Shown piece after piece: positions 29,890 to 39,259 of a stretch of 64,000 nucleotides of DNA. The translations under genes and the position numbers were made by a program. This stretch comes from Bdellovibrionales bacterium (lineage in GTDB: Bacteria > Bdellovibrionota > Bdellovibrionia > Bdellovibrionales > JAGQZY01). Every line of letters begins with the position of its first letter. Within the stretch, counting starts at the first letter, position 1. Under the pieces are notes generated by a model. That model made no database searches. It was not told the origin of the DNA and worked only from the letters and a program-made list of their open reading frames with translations. The DNA is taken from NCBI GenBank assembly GCA_964230645.1, contig CAXRHT010000001.1:832001-896000 (forward strand), written 5' to 3'.

Positions 29890-30963
29890 ATGAGCTATAT
29901 CCAAGACTTTTCTTGCGCCACATGTCACGGCCTGGGCTCTGAAAGTCTTTGGGAAAGCCTTATGAATGGCGTAATTCAGCCCTCCAAGCAAGAGGGAAAC
30001 TTTCAGCTTTTAAGTCCTAATCGCGAGCCCAACACCTCTTATCGTGAAAACTTTAAAAAAATACTGAGCCACTTAGTTAGAGATTGGAGTTTTGATCAAG
30101 AGAAAAAATTAGGCCTTATTTTTGGCTCAACAAAAGCATTAGTGGAAGACTTTGTGTGGGAGGAAAATTTTCAAGAAGACTGTGATCCTTTCAGCCCTAT
30201 TTTAGATGATCTAGAAGATGGACTTGGAGTTGTCTTTTCTCAAAGAGCCATCATCAGCAATGCTTGCACCTCAAGCCACGGCGCCCTTGAACTGGCGCAG
30301 AGGTGGCTAAAACGTGAAATTTGTGATGAAGTTCTTGTGGTGGCTGGTGATTTGATTGGGCCCTTTACCCTTGAGGGATTTAAAACATTGAGAGCCTTGA
30401 GTCCCAGTGGGATTGCCCGTCCTTTTGATATCAATCGCGACGGTTTAATTCTTGGGGATGGGATGGGGGCTGTCCGCTTGAGCCGTGAAAAACATGACTC
30501 CCTCTTCAAACTTCAATCTGTTTACAGTCTCTGTGAGGGGGTCTCAGCCACAAGACCTGATACAAGCGGTAAAAATTTGGCCACTTGTTACAAAAAAGTT
30601 TTGAGTAAAACACCTGAGCTAGTCATCACCCATGGCACAGGCACCCAATACAATGACCAAACCGAAGCTCAGGCCCTCTGCCAAACAATGAAAAAAGAAA
30701 AGTTTCCTAAAATCACCGGCAGCAAGTGGAGTGTTGGTCACAGCTTAGGAGCCAGTGGCTTGATTGATCTTTGCTTAGCTCTTGAGTGCCTTAAAAGACA
30801 ATCCACACCTGGAATTAATAGCCTCGAACGCTGCGACCTTGAAATTGCGCCCTTTCTTCTTAATAAAACTCAAGAGATGACTATTGAGTCTGTCCTCATC
30901 TCTTCTTTAGGTTTTGGAGGAATGTGCTCAGCCCTTGAATTGGTAAGGGAAACCGGACGATGA
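29890..30963 (+). CDS. Beta-ketoacyl-ACP synthase (KS3)
   Basis: ISNACTSS, PFDINRDG, THGTGT, GHSLGASG and GFGG motifs. Confidence 0.9.
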   Translation: MSYIQDFSCATCHGLGSESLWESLMNGVIQPSKQEGNFQLLSPNREPNTSYRENFKKILSHLVRDWSFDQEKKLGLIFGSTKALVEDFVWEENFQEDCDPFSPILDDLEDGLGVVFSQRAIISNACTSSHGALELAQRWLKREICDEVLVVAGDLIGPFTLEGFKTLRALSPSGIARPFDINRDGLILGDGMGAVRLSREKHDSLFKLQSVYSLCEGVSATRPDTSGKNLATCYKKVLSKTPELVITHGTGTQYNDQTEAQALCQTMKKEKFPKITGSKWSVGHSLGASGLIDLCLALECLKRQSTPGINSLERCDLEIAPFLLNKTQEMTIESVLISSLGFGGMCSALELVRETGR

Positions 30964-31409
30964 GAATTTCATTTCACAAATCACAATTTAAAATGAGTCA
31001 GCCTCTTGAGGAGCCAGCCTGGAGCTCACAGGTCAATCGCTGGTATCAGCTTGATGGCCCTGCTCTTGCCCTTTGCCAACTTTTTTTCGAGCACGATTTG
31101 GATTTTGACCATCTGGTTCTAGCCTCTCCGGAGGGCTCCAATGAGACCGACCGAGACTTTGCGCAAACAGGGGCTCAGAGGGCTCAAAAGTTCGTTCACA
31201 CTCTACCCAATATTCGAGCCTCTATGGCTCTTCAGCTACGAGAGGAGCCCTGCCCCTTTATTTGCTTTATGGAAGGTGCAAAAACCCTGGAAAAAGCCCT
31301 CAAGGAGTTTTATGCTCTAGCCCTTGAGAATCAAAGACCGGCCCTGGTGAGTGTCTACAAGCTTGGCCCGAACGAATATGAGGCTTGGGCGGCCATCGCC
31401 CGGAATTAG
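30960..31409 (+). CDS. Short chain-length-factor-like partner of KS3
   Basis: SNETD...FVHTLPNI motif of KS N-terminal-like partners; ATGA-coupled to KS3. Confidence 0.65.
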   Translation: MRISFHKSQFKMSQPLEEPAWSSQVNRWYQLDGPALALCQLFFEHDLDFDHLVLASPEGSNETDRDFAQTGAQRAQKFVHTLPNIRASMALQLREEPCPFICFMEGAKTLEKALKEFYALALENQRPALVSVYKLGPNEYEAWAAIARN

Positions 31410-31427
31410 AATTGGAGTGAGTGCGGA

Positions 31428-33002
31428 ATGGAAAAAATGGTCCCTGTAAATTTAAATGGAGAAGGATTGGATTTTTCCCAATTAACGCCCCTGATCTTTG
31501 ATTCCAAATTCAAGGCTCAGGTGAGTCTTCCAGACTCAAAAAAAATTAATGCAAACCACAAAAAGTTACTTGAGGCGATTGATCGCAATGAAACCATTTA
31601 CGGCGTTACCACAGGATTTGGTGACAGCTCCAGACGTGTGCTCACTCCCGCCAAAGCAGAGGATTTGCAAGCTCATCTCATTACCTATCTTACCTGTGGA
31701 GTGGGCTCTCTTTTGCCAGAGCCGGTATGCCGAGCCGTTACGATTTTTAGACTTCACTCTCTTTCCCAAGGAATTTCGGCGGTCAGCTTTGAGCTGCTTG
31801 AAAGAATGAAATGGCTGGTTGAAGAAGATATTGTTCCTCAAATTCCTTCGCAAGGATCTCTGGGTGCTAGTGGTGACCTTGTTCCTCTGGCCTATCTTGC
31901 GCAAGTGGTGCAAGGAAAGGGGCGTATTTGGCACAAGGGTGTCAGTAAAGACATGGCTTCTCTATGTAGGGAAATGCACGTTCCTGAGTACAAGCTAAAA
32001 GCCAAAGAAGGTTTAGCACTTGTTAACGGCACAAGCGTTATGGCGGCCTACAGTTTTTACTGTAACAAAATTATCAAATCCCTCATTGAGCTAACAACAA
32101 AAACCACCGCGCTTTGCGTGTTAGGGCTTGAGGGGCGCAAAGACGCTTTTAATGCCTTAATAAACTCGAAAGCCAAAAGGTTTCACGGTCAATCTAAAAT
32201 TGCCGAAGATATTTTTTCTCTTCTCAGCCAAGAAGATCATCAAACCCAAAAGCCAGAGAAGGCTCTCAACAATGAAGAGCGTGCTCACACTGTGCAAGAC
32301 AAATACTCCATTCGCTGCGCTCCTCAGATTTTAGGCCCCATCTATGACACCCTTAAAATGAGTGAAGAGTGGACTCAATTAGAGGCAGAAGGTGTTTCGG
32401 ATAATCCTGTCATCGATGAGGGTGACCAATTTTCAATGGGTGGAAACTTCTACGGTGGATACATATCTCATGCCATGGACTATCTAAAAATCTCCATGGC
32501 TCACCTTGCGGATATGGTGGACCGTCAGTTTATGTGCTTGATAGATGAGTCCACCAATCGAGGTTTACCTCCTAATCTTGCCGACTGGCCGAATATTACC
32601 GAGGAGGAACGCTTTCTGAATCACGGGTTGAAGGGATTAAACCAAGCCATGTCAGCCCTCACATCCGAAGTTATGGCTCAGTCCAATCCTGGAGGCATTC
32701 ACTCTCGCTCCTCGGAATCACACAACCAGGACAAAGTGAGCTTAGGTTTAAGTGCCTGCATTCAGATGAATAATATGTTTGATAACCTCTACACTCTTTT
32801 ATCCATCCACTTGATCGGCTGCGCTCAGGCCATAGACCTCAGAGAGCGCACATTAAAAAGTAGAGAGCTTAAAGAACTCTATGATCTCGTCCGTAAGGTC
32901 AGCCCTAAGGTCACAGAAGATCGCGCCATGGATTTTGAAATTGCTGCGCTGAAATCAGAGCTTAAATTAAGGTCCGGAGTTTTTAATGACAAATCACTTT
33001 GA
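31428..33002 (+). CDS. Aromatic amino acid ammonia-lyase (PAL/TAL/HAL family)
   Basis: YGVTTGFG, GSLGASGDL (MIO-forming ASG), KEGLALVNGT, QDKYSIRC and HNQDKVS motifs. Confidence 0.93.
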   Translation: MEKMVPVNLNGEGLDFSQLTPLIFDSKFKAQVSLPDSKKINANHKKLLEAIDRNETIYGVTTGFGDSSRRVLTPAKAEDLQAHLITYLTCGVGSLLPEPVCRAVTIFRLHSLSQGISAVSFELLERMKWLVEEDIVPQIPSQGSLGASGDLVPLAYLAQVVQGKGRIWHKGVSKDMASLCREMHVPEYKLKAKEGLALVNGTSVMAAYSFYCNKIIKSLIELTTKTTALCVLGLEGRKDAFNALINSKAKRFHGQSKIAEDIFSLLSQEDHQTQKPEKALNNEERAHTVQDKYSIRCAPQILGPIYDTLKMSEEWTQLEAEGVSDNPVIDEGDQFSMGGNFYGGYISHAMDYLKISMAHLADMVDRQFMCLIDESTNRGLPPNLADWPNITEEERFLNHGLKGLNQAMSALTSEVMAQSNPGGIHSRSSESHNQDKVSLGLSACIQMNNMFDNLYTLLSIHLIGCAQAIDLRERTLKSRELKELYDLVRKVSPKVTEDRAMDFEIAALKSELKLRSGVFNDKSL

Positions 33003-34215
33003 TGTGATTGTTGCCGGTGCTGGCCCAGGAGGAAGTACTGTCGCCACATTACTGGCTCAAAAAGGTTTACATGTCGCTCTCTTTGAAAAGGAAGAGTTTC
33101 CTCGATTTAAAATTGGTGAGTCTCTTCTCCCTCATTCCATGGATATTTTAAAAGAGTCAGGAGTTTTTGAAAAAATTAATTCCGGCCAATACATTAAAAA
33201 ATACGGCGCTTCCTTTATTTCTTGGGATCACCCAGAGTCTGCCCTTTATTTTGAGTTTGCCAACGGCCTTGATCAAGACCATGCCTTTGCCTTTGAAGTC
33301 CCAAGAGCCCCGTTTGATCTTGATTTACTCACCCACGCCAAAGAAAACGGAGTGGAAGTGTTTCAACCGATTAAAATTGAGCAAGTGAATTTCGAAAAAG
33401 AAAAAGTCTCTGTCCACACGACCAAGGAAAGCTTTAGCAGCTCTTATTTTGTCGATGCCTCGGGGCGAAGTGCTCTATTGGGAACCCAATTTAAAAGTCG
33501 AGAAAAAAATCCTCACTTCATCAATAACATCGCTGTCTATAATCATTATAAGGGTGTCTCCAGAGATATTCAAAAAAGTGAAGGAGATATTATTATTGGG
33601 ATTCTGCCAGAGCAGTCCTGGTCCTGGCATATTCCTTTTAAAGGAGAAACCACTTCCGTTGGAATTGTTTTTTCTAAGGAGAGTTTTAAAAAGTTTAAAA
33701 ATGAAGATGATAAAATCCTTGCCTGTATGAACGAACATCCCAACTTCAAAGACATCATGAAAAATGCCACAGCCCTAAATAAAGAAGGGCAGGCGGCCAA
33801 TTATTCCTACAGCAGTGGGCGAAAAATTTCGGATCGCTGGATTATGCTAGGAGATGCAGCAACCTTTCTAGACCCCGTATTTTCTTCTGGAGTGCATATT
33901 TCACTTATTTCCTCTCGCATGGTAAAAGACGTGGTGTTGGAAGCTTACCAGAAGCAGAGCTTACTCAGTGAAACAGTCGCAGGAAAAAACTACGAGCAAG
34001 ACTTGCAAAAAGGAGTGGATCGCTTTCAGTCTCTCCTTCTTATTTTTTACAAGACAGCATTTTTCCAACATATGAAAAAGGTGATACAGACGGAAGCGGT
34101 TTACAAAGCCTTCACCTCAGCTTTTAGTGGCGATATGTGGAATGACCAAAACTTCCTCTTTAGGATGGGAGTTTTAAAAGACGGGAAACTACCAAATGAA
34201 GACTATTCTTTATAA
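32986..34215 (+). CDS. Flavin-dependent halogenase-family oxidoreductase
   Basis: GAGPGG, PRFKIGESL, IKKYG, DASGR, WSWHIP (WxWxIP) and GDAATFLDPVFSSG motifs. Confidence 0.8.
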   Translation: MTNHFDVIVAGAGPGGSTVATLLAQKGLHVALFEKEEFPRFKIGESLLPHSMDILKESGVFEKINSGQYIKKYGASFISWDHPESALYFEFANGLDQDHAFAFEVPRAPFDLDLLTHAKENGVEVFQPIKIEQVNFEKEKVSVHTTKESFSSSYFVDASGRSALLGTQFKSREKNPHFINNIAVYNHYKGVSRDIQKSEGDIIIGILPEQSWSWHIPFKGETTSVGIVFSKESFKKFKNEDDKILACMNEHPNFKDIMKNATALNKEGQAANYSYSSGRKISDRWIMLGDAATFLDPVFSSGVHISLISSRMVKDVVLEAYQKQSLLSETVAGKNYEQDLQKGVDRFQSLLLIFYKTAFFQHMKKVIQTEAVYKAFTSAFSGDMWNDQNFLFRMGVLKDGKLPNEDYSL

Positions 34216-35458
34216 AGGCTATCACAGCCAACGCGCCTTTGACCTCTTTTGTGAGGCACAAGAAAAAGGGGATCTTATGATCTTCCTCCCTCCCTTAATG
34301 AATCGCTACGAGTTTGTCCCCTTTCTTCCCGAATCAGAGATTCTGATTGAGGGAGACTTATGGCAAACACGTCCGAAAGGCTTGAAAGGCGAGTCTCAAG
34401 AGTATCAAAAAAAGCCTGTGGCCGGAGTTTTCTCCTCCGGAACCACCAATAACTCTCGCCTCATCCTATACACCAATGAAAATATTAGCTCCTCCGTGAA
34501 AGGTATTTTCGCACTATTTGAAGACGAGAGCTTTGATAATCTTTTTTGCTACCCACAGCCCTATCACACCTTTGGCCTGACCTTGGGATATGGCGCTTGC
34601 TATTTTTTAAAAAAGAATTTGATCTTTGCTGAGGGAAAGTACAGCTCCGATTATCATAAAAAGTGGCTTGAGTCAGAACCCAATACCATCACCCTTGGAA
34701 CCCCCACCCACTTTCACGATCTACTCGCTTGGGTCGAAGAGCAAGGAGAAATTCCACCGCACACTTATAGCTGTATCATTGGCGGCGCTCAGGTTCCGAT
34801 GAGCCTTTGGCAAAGTGTCAGAAGTGAGCTGCAAATTGAAAAACCTAGCATTGGCTATGGCTCCTCGGAAGCTTCCCCTGGAATTTCCCATTTACCTCCA
34901 GGTCTTGCACCGATTGAGGACGGCGAAATCGGGGAAATCTTACCTCATGTGGAAATGAGCCTGACCGACAGTGGAATACAATTTAGTGGCCCCAATCTTT
35001 GTCATGCGATCATCGAAGATGAGAAAATTGAATTTCCATCACGCCACGTGATTCCCGACCTGATTGAAAAAAGAGAAGCCGACGGAAAGCTCGTCTACCG
35101 CTCACGCCTGGACTGGATTCTCAATCGGGGTGGCGAAAAATTTCCCATTGAAAAACTAGAAAAACAGGTTTTTGAAAAAGTCGGTATTGATATTTTAGGC
35201 TTTGGACTTCCCGATCCTAGGCTTGGTGAAGAACTTGGTCTACTTATCAAACGCAGAAGAGAAGCCCCACAAATTACCATGGAAAATGTTTACGACACTC
35301 TAAAAGAGCTCACTGATCGAGATTTTGCTCAAAAAGCTATTGTTGTTGATGATTTTCCACTCAGCCAAACCCATAAAGTGGATCGCAAAAAGGCTCGCAT
35401 CGTCTATTTAAATGAAACTAAAGATAAAGAAGAATCTGATAATGAAGAGGACTCCTAG
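34196..35458 (+). CDS. AMP-binding acyl/aryl-CoA (or ACP) ligase, short form
   Basis: FSSGTT, GYGSSE, RGGEK, DPRLGE and KVDRK motifs. Confidence 0.85.
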   Translation: MKTILYKGYHSQRAFDLFCEAQEKGDLMIFLPPLMNRYEFVPFLPESEILIEGDLWQTRPKGLKGESQEYQKKPVAGVFSSGTTNNSRLILYTNENISSSVKGIFALFEDESFDNLFCYPQPYHTFGLTLGYGACYFLKKNLIFAEGKYSSDYHKKWLESEPNTITLGTPTHFHDLLAWVEEQGEIPPHTYSCIIGGAQVPMSLWQSVRSELQIEKPSIGYGSSEASPGISHLPPGLAPIEDGEIGEILPHVEMSLTDSGIQFSGPNLCHAIIEDEKIEFPSRHVIPDLIEKREADGKLVYRSRLDWILNRGGEKFPIEKLEKQVFEKVGIDILGFGLPDPRLGEELGLLIKRRREAPQITMENVYDTLKELTDRDFAQKAIVVDDFPLSQTHKVDRKKARIVYLNETKDKEESDNEEDS

Positions 35459-35476
35459 AAAAGGAGCCCCGCTTGT

Positions 35477-36256
35477 TTAGAATATTCCGTCAAACCAGTC
35501 TTCGAGAAGATCTTGGCCTTGTTCTACAAGCTCGTCTCTAATGATTTCTTTACCACGATCGATCAATCGATCCGTGAGACTGTCACTACTGTTTCCGCTT
35601 CTAATACGACAAGAATTCTCGGCTTCAAACTCACCCACGTGATCAAACTCAAAGTCTCCGAAGTAGGCCGTTCTAGTAATATTTCTTGGAACATAAACGA
35701 TTTGACCATCGGCTGTCCCTCCCACACCTAAGGGGATCAGTAATACTCCGCGATTGCTTCCGCCCACCTTTCTCACAGCCACCATCATTTCATCGCAACG
35801 TTGCGTGGTGCACTGACTTTCAAGTTCAAAGTCACCTTGACGACCGTACTCAATAATCAGTCCCGGTTGCATGTTCACATTTTCAACCGTTCTCTGAAAA
35901 CTTCCAGCGTTGTCACAAGAAAGGACAAGCCTTGCTGTTAAACGAATTCGGTTATTCTCAGCGGGTGAAGCGATCAGATCAAAAGCTTCGATCATATTAT
36001 TGATGGCTTCACTACGGTTTTGGTTCCCTTGGATTTCGTCCCAATATTGACTGATAGCCGCTTGATCACTGTTAACTTCGGTATCATTGGTACGACGGTT
36101 TCCATTTTCATCAAACCAACGGGAGCCACCTTGGCTTTCTCCGATGAGATCATTTCCTGTAGAAAGGGTCGCACGAAAAGGTTCACCACAAGCACTCAAC
36201 ATAAGGGAGAGAACAACAACTTTTAAAATTTTATCAATCACAGTTTTTAGTTTCAT
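35477..36256 (-). CDS. Lipoprotein of unknown function (paralog of 49611..50435)
   Basis: Lipobox LSAC; CTTQRCDEMM motif. Confidence 0.85.
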   Translation of the reverse strand: MKLKTVIDKILKVVVLSLMLSACGEPFRATLSTGNDLIGESQGGSRWFDENGNRRTNDTEVNSDQAAISQYWDEIQGNQNRSEAINNMIEAFDLIASPAENNRIRLTARLVLSCDNAGSFQRTVENVNMQPGLIIEYGRQGDFELESQCTTQRCDEMMVAVRKVGGSNRGVLLIPLGVGGTADGQIVYVPRNITRTAYFGDFEFDHVGEFEAENSCRIRSGNSSDSLTDRLIDRGKEIIRDELVEQGQDLLEDWFDGIF

Positions 36257-36271
36257 AACACTCTTATAAAG

Positions 36272-36287
36272 AGCAAAGAGTGTTCCA
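36272..36287 (-). promoter_or_regulatory. sigma54 (-24/-12) promoter
   Basis: TGGAACACTCTTTGCT = GG-N10-GC. Confidence 0.7.
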
Positions 36288-36395
36288 ATATAGAACGAAT
36301 TCTCGTAAGTAAATTCAACCAGTTAGAAGGGCCCTTTCTCTAATATCAGGGACTTAGCCGTTTCTTGTCACCTGTCTGATTTATTACCAAACAGC

Positions 36396-36412
36396 TGTCT
36401 CATCTTGAGACA
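36396..36412. promoter_or_regulatory. Perfect palindrome; candidate enhancer/TF site
   Basis: TGTCTCA-TCT-TGAGACA, about 110 bp upstream of the sigma54 site. Confidence 0.5.
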
Positions 36413-36420
36413 CCTTCCCT

Positions 36421-36782
36421 CTGTCATCCTTAGGCTACACTGTCATTCTGAGGCTACACTGTCATTCTGAGGCTACACTGTCATTCTGAGCGAAGCGAAG
36501 AATCTGCCCGGTGTCTTTTCTCCGCTCAAGATCCTTCGGCTACGCCTCAGGATGACAATGCAAGAGAAGACACCACTCATTCACGTTTTGTCATTCTGAG
36601 CCTACGCTGTCATTCAGATCCTACACTGTCACTCTGAGCCCACACTGTCACTCTGAGCCCACACTGTCATTCTGAGCGAAGCGAAGAATCTGCCCGGTGT
36701 CTTTTCTCCGCACAAGATCCTTCGGCTACGCCTCAGGATGACAGTGTAGACTCAGGATGACAGTGCAGCCTCAGGATGACAA
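36421..36782. repeat. REP-like cluster: two ~81-bp cores plus nine 19-bp satellite units
   Basis: Cores TGTCATTCTGAGCGAAGCGAAGAATCT...AGATCCTTCGGCTACGCCTCAGGATGACA at 36478-36558 and 36664-36744; tandem CTGTCATTCTGAGGCTACA-type units. Confidence 0.92.
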
Positions 36783-36854
36783 TTTTATAAGCCACAGATA
36801 TGCACCATTTAAATGAGGCTCTCTAAAGAGTCAGCGAGCCTCTTTTCAAGATAC

Positions 36855-37316
36855 TCAGTACTGAACCTTGTCGACTTTATTTTTCCACGCTTCAAAAACT
36901 TTAAAAGCTTCGTGACGCATGATTTGCTCGGTGGGAATTTTGCGTTTTTCAAAGGGCTGACCGATTTCGGTATAAAGAAACTCATCATCAAATTCGATGG
37001 CTGCAGCGTCCTCTCTTCCATTGCCAAAATAAACCTTATCAAGCCTTGCCCAGTAAATGGCGGAAAGACACATAGGACAGGGCTCACAACTCGTATAAAT
37101 CTCACAGCCCTGTAAAGAAAAGTCGTCCAACTTTTCACAAGCCTTGCGAATGGCCTGCACCTCGGCGTGAGCTGTTGGATCATTGGTGGATGTGACTTGA
37201 TTCCAGCCCTCAGAAATTATTTTACCCTCTTTGACGATAACCGCTCCAAAAGGGCCTCCCTCATTATTTTTCATTTTCTCCATTGATAATTCAATGGCGC
37301 GCTCCATTGGCTTCAC
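36855..37316 (-). CDS. guaD: Guanine deaminase (cytidine-deaminase fold)
   Basis: GGPFGAVIV, DPTAHAEV, SCEPCPMC and FDDEFLY motifs. Confidence 0.88.
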   Translation of the reverse strand: MKPMERAIELSMEKMKNNEGGPFGAVIVKEGKIISEGWNQVTSTNDPTAHAEVQAIRKACEKLDDFSLQGCEIYTSCEPCPMCLSAIYWARLDKVYFGNGREDAAAIEFDDEFLYTEIGQPFEKRKIPTEQIMRHEAFKVFEAWKNKVDKVQY

Positions 37317-37330
37317 TGTCTTCTCCTTAT

Positions 37331-38404
37331 TTAACGATAATCGTGGAGGTAATCCACTTGATCAGGAATCCAGGGTTCCATCTCCCCTTGCACTCCAAAC
37401 ACCCGGTCCCCTACCTGAGACTCCACTTTTCCGGGAGCCACTGAGGGCGTGTAGTCGGGCGTAATAATGTCCCCTTCCTGTAAAATGGGAAGGACTCTTT
37501 CGAGAGTTTCTTTGGCTAGAATACGACGTCGAACCAAATCATCCAGTGATTTCTGTAGTTCGTCGCGACTAAATCCGTAGTTAAGATTAAGATCTTGCGC
37601 CACCTTAAGAACCTGCACATCTTTAAGTCGGCTATCTTGAAATAGATCAAGACTTGTTTGAAAGGAATTGTAAGTAGGAACAATTCGGCGTCCAAACTTA
37701 AGGTAGTACTCAGGATCTGTGTCGACGGCCAAATTAATATAAACTTTTTCCACAGGATCGTTTTCGATGCACATATCCTGAAGATCTAAAATGGTATCAA
37801 TCTGCATTCGCGACACACCAAAATGCTTTAAGAGTTTGATCAACTTTTTTTCCGACCAGCGCCTGGAGCAGATGTCAGAGTAAAGGGAGTAAATAACAGC
37901 ATCCGACTCGCTGTCATCGCCCCAAAGCACCTGGGAGATCTCTTTTTCAAATTTTGAACGAAGCTGCATCAGAGCCTGGATCTTATAGCCCACCTGCTGA
38001 CTCAACCGGCGCCAGCGTCCCGGATGAACATTCTTCAGGTTATCTTTAAAGAAAATCCCCTCAGGTAAGATCTGGTCGATCTGCAGTTTTTCACGGATTT
38101 TGACCTCCATTTGAGGTGGAGAGGCTGTAATAAAAAATAAGGGGAAATGACCCTCACTTCGGCTGTCGTTCCAGTTTTCTTTGACACTGGAAACCAGGGT
38201 GGACGTGCCGGGGACATTGCGTTTTTGGAAAGATTTTTCAAAAACTGTGCGCCAGAGGTCCGAGACCGTATGCCAGCTCGTATCCAGGTAGGTCTTATCC
38301 AAATCCCAAACATAAACCTCTTCTAAGTCATTAAAAACGGTTTGGTTATAGGAAAAAAAGACCACATCCCCTAGAATTTCGGATCGCAATTTCCAATGCG
38401 CCAT
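37331..38404 (-). CDS. HAD-like/App1-type phosphatase-domain protein
   Basis: WDLDKT (DxDxT), ITASP, GYK and GDDSESD motifs. Confidence 0.65.
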   Translation of the reverse strand: MAHWKLRSEILGDVVFFSYNQTVFNDLEEVYVWDLDKTYLDTSWHTVSDLWRTVFEKSFQKRNVPGTSTLVSSVKENWNDSRSEGHFPLFFITASPPQMEVKIREKLQIDQILPEGIFFKDNLKNVHPGRWRRLSQQVGYKIQALMQLRSKFEKEISQVLWGDDSESDAVIYSLYSDICSRRWSEKKLIKLLKHFGVSRMQIDTILDLQDMCIENDPVEKVYINLAVDTDPEYYLKFGRRIVPTYNSFQTSLDLFQDSRLKDVQVLKVAQDLNLNYGFSRDELQKSLDDLVRRRILAKETLERVLPILQEGDIITPDYTPSVAPGKVESQVGDRVFGVQGEMEPWIPDQVDYLHDYR

Positions 38405-38479
38405 ACACCCCTCGTGCTAAGACTCTATATTAGCTCTGACTGGGGGGAAAGGCCATTGCCGCTCGATCTTTGACATGGT

Positions 38480-39259
38480 ATGCCCTTCGCTGTGTCAGAT
38501 CATGCGAAGAACCCCTTATTTTTCAAGCCCTCACGCCCCGTTCCCCAAATGGTCGCTTTCTACTGGAATGATGTCTTGCTTAATCCAGAGGCTTTAGACG
38601 AGGCAAAAAAAGTGGAGCTTGGAGATCAGCCCTTGAGCGATGTGCTCTGGGATCTTTTCGGTGAGCTCAGCCTCATGGAGATCTTCTTTCTTTACCAAGA
38701 GATCGAAAACCATCAAGATCTAAGGGGCCAGATCTCCTGGGCCAAATACTTCCAAAAGCAAAAGCGCTTTTTCAACGATAAAGTGGCTAAGCTTTTTAAA
38801 GCGCTAAGCATAGGCTCTTCTGCTTTCCTCACCTGGTGTGACTCTAAAAAAATGGAAAACAAAGACCTCTACCCATTGTGCTCTTTAAAAGAAAAAGAGC
38901 ACCAGGAATTGTTCACTCAACTTTCCTCTTTTTTCCCAGAACAAAATATGAGCCGCAGTGAAGGAAGAGAAGCTCTTGATCTATTAGTGGATCTGATCTT
39001 GATGAATAAAATTTTTGAGGAACTTAAACCAAATTCCACAACTCACTGGGTGAGTCGTTTGAGACAGTTAAGAAACCCTAATACGACTCTAAAAGATCAG
39101 ACTAGTACGACGATCAATCAAGCCTGGCCCCAGTTTGTAAAAGTTAAAAAACAAAGACAAGGCGACCGCTTGATTCATCAGATGGAAATTCAGTTTCTCA
39201 ATCAAGAAGACCTTGAGAGTAAGCTCTCCCGCCTTAAACCCCAGGGGCCAAAACAATGA
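38480..39259 (+). CDS. Hypothetical protein coupled to the SplB-like gene (possibly degenerate ParB-like)
   Basis: 259 aa with ATGA overlap to the radical SAM gene; helical core, LRQLRNP motif and a C-terminal beta-helix segment reminiscent of the ParB C-terminus. Confidence 0.5.
   Translation: MPFAVSDHAKNPLFFKPSRPVPQMVAFYWNDVLLNPEALDEAKKVELGDQPLSDVLWDLFGELSLMEIFFLYQEIENHQDLRGQISWAKYFQKQKRFFNDKVAKLFKALSIGSSAFLTWCDSKKMENKDLYPLCSLKEKEHQELFTQLSSFFPEQNMSRSEGREALDLLVDLILMNKIFEELKPNSTTHWVSRLRQLRNPNTTLKDQTSTTINQAWPQFVKVKKQRQGDRLIHQMEIQFLNQEDLESKLSRLKPQGPKQ

Noticed and set aside
31428..33002. Histidine utilisation hutH
   Set aside because: No hutU/I/G, no SH motif, and the gene is embedded in the PKS operon.
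36421..36782. CRISPR array
   Set aside because: Units are 19 bp, tandem, without unique spacers and partly inverted; no cas genes are present.
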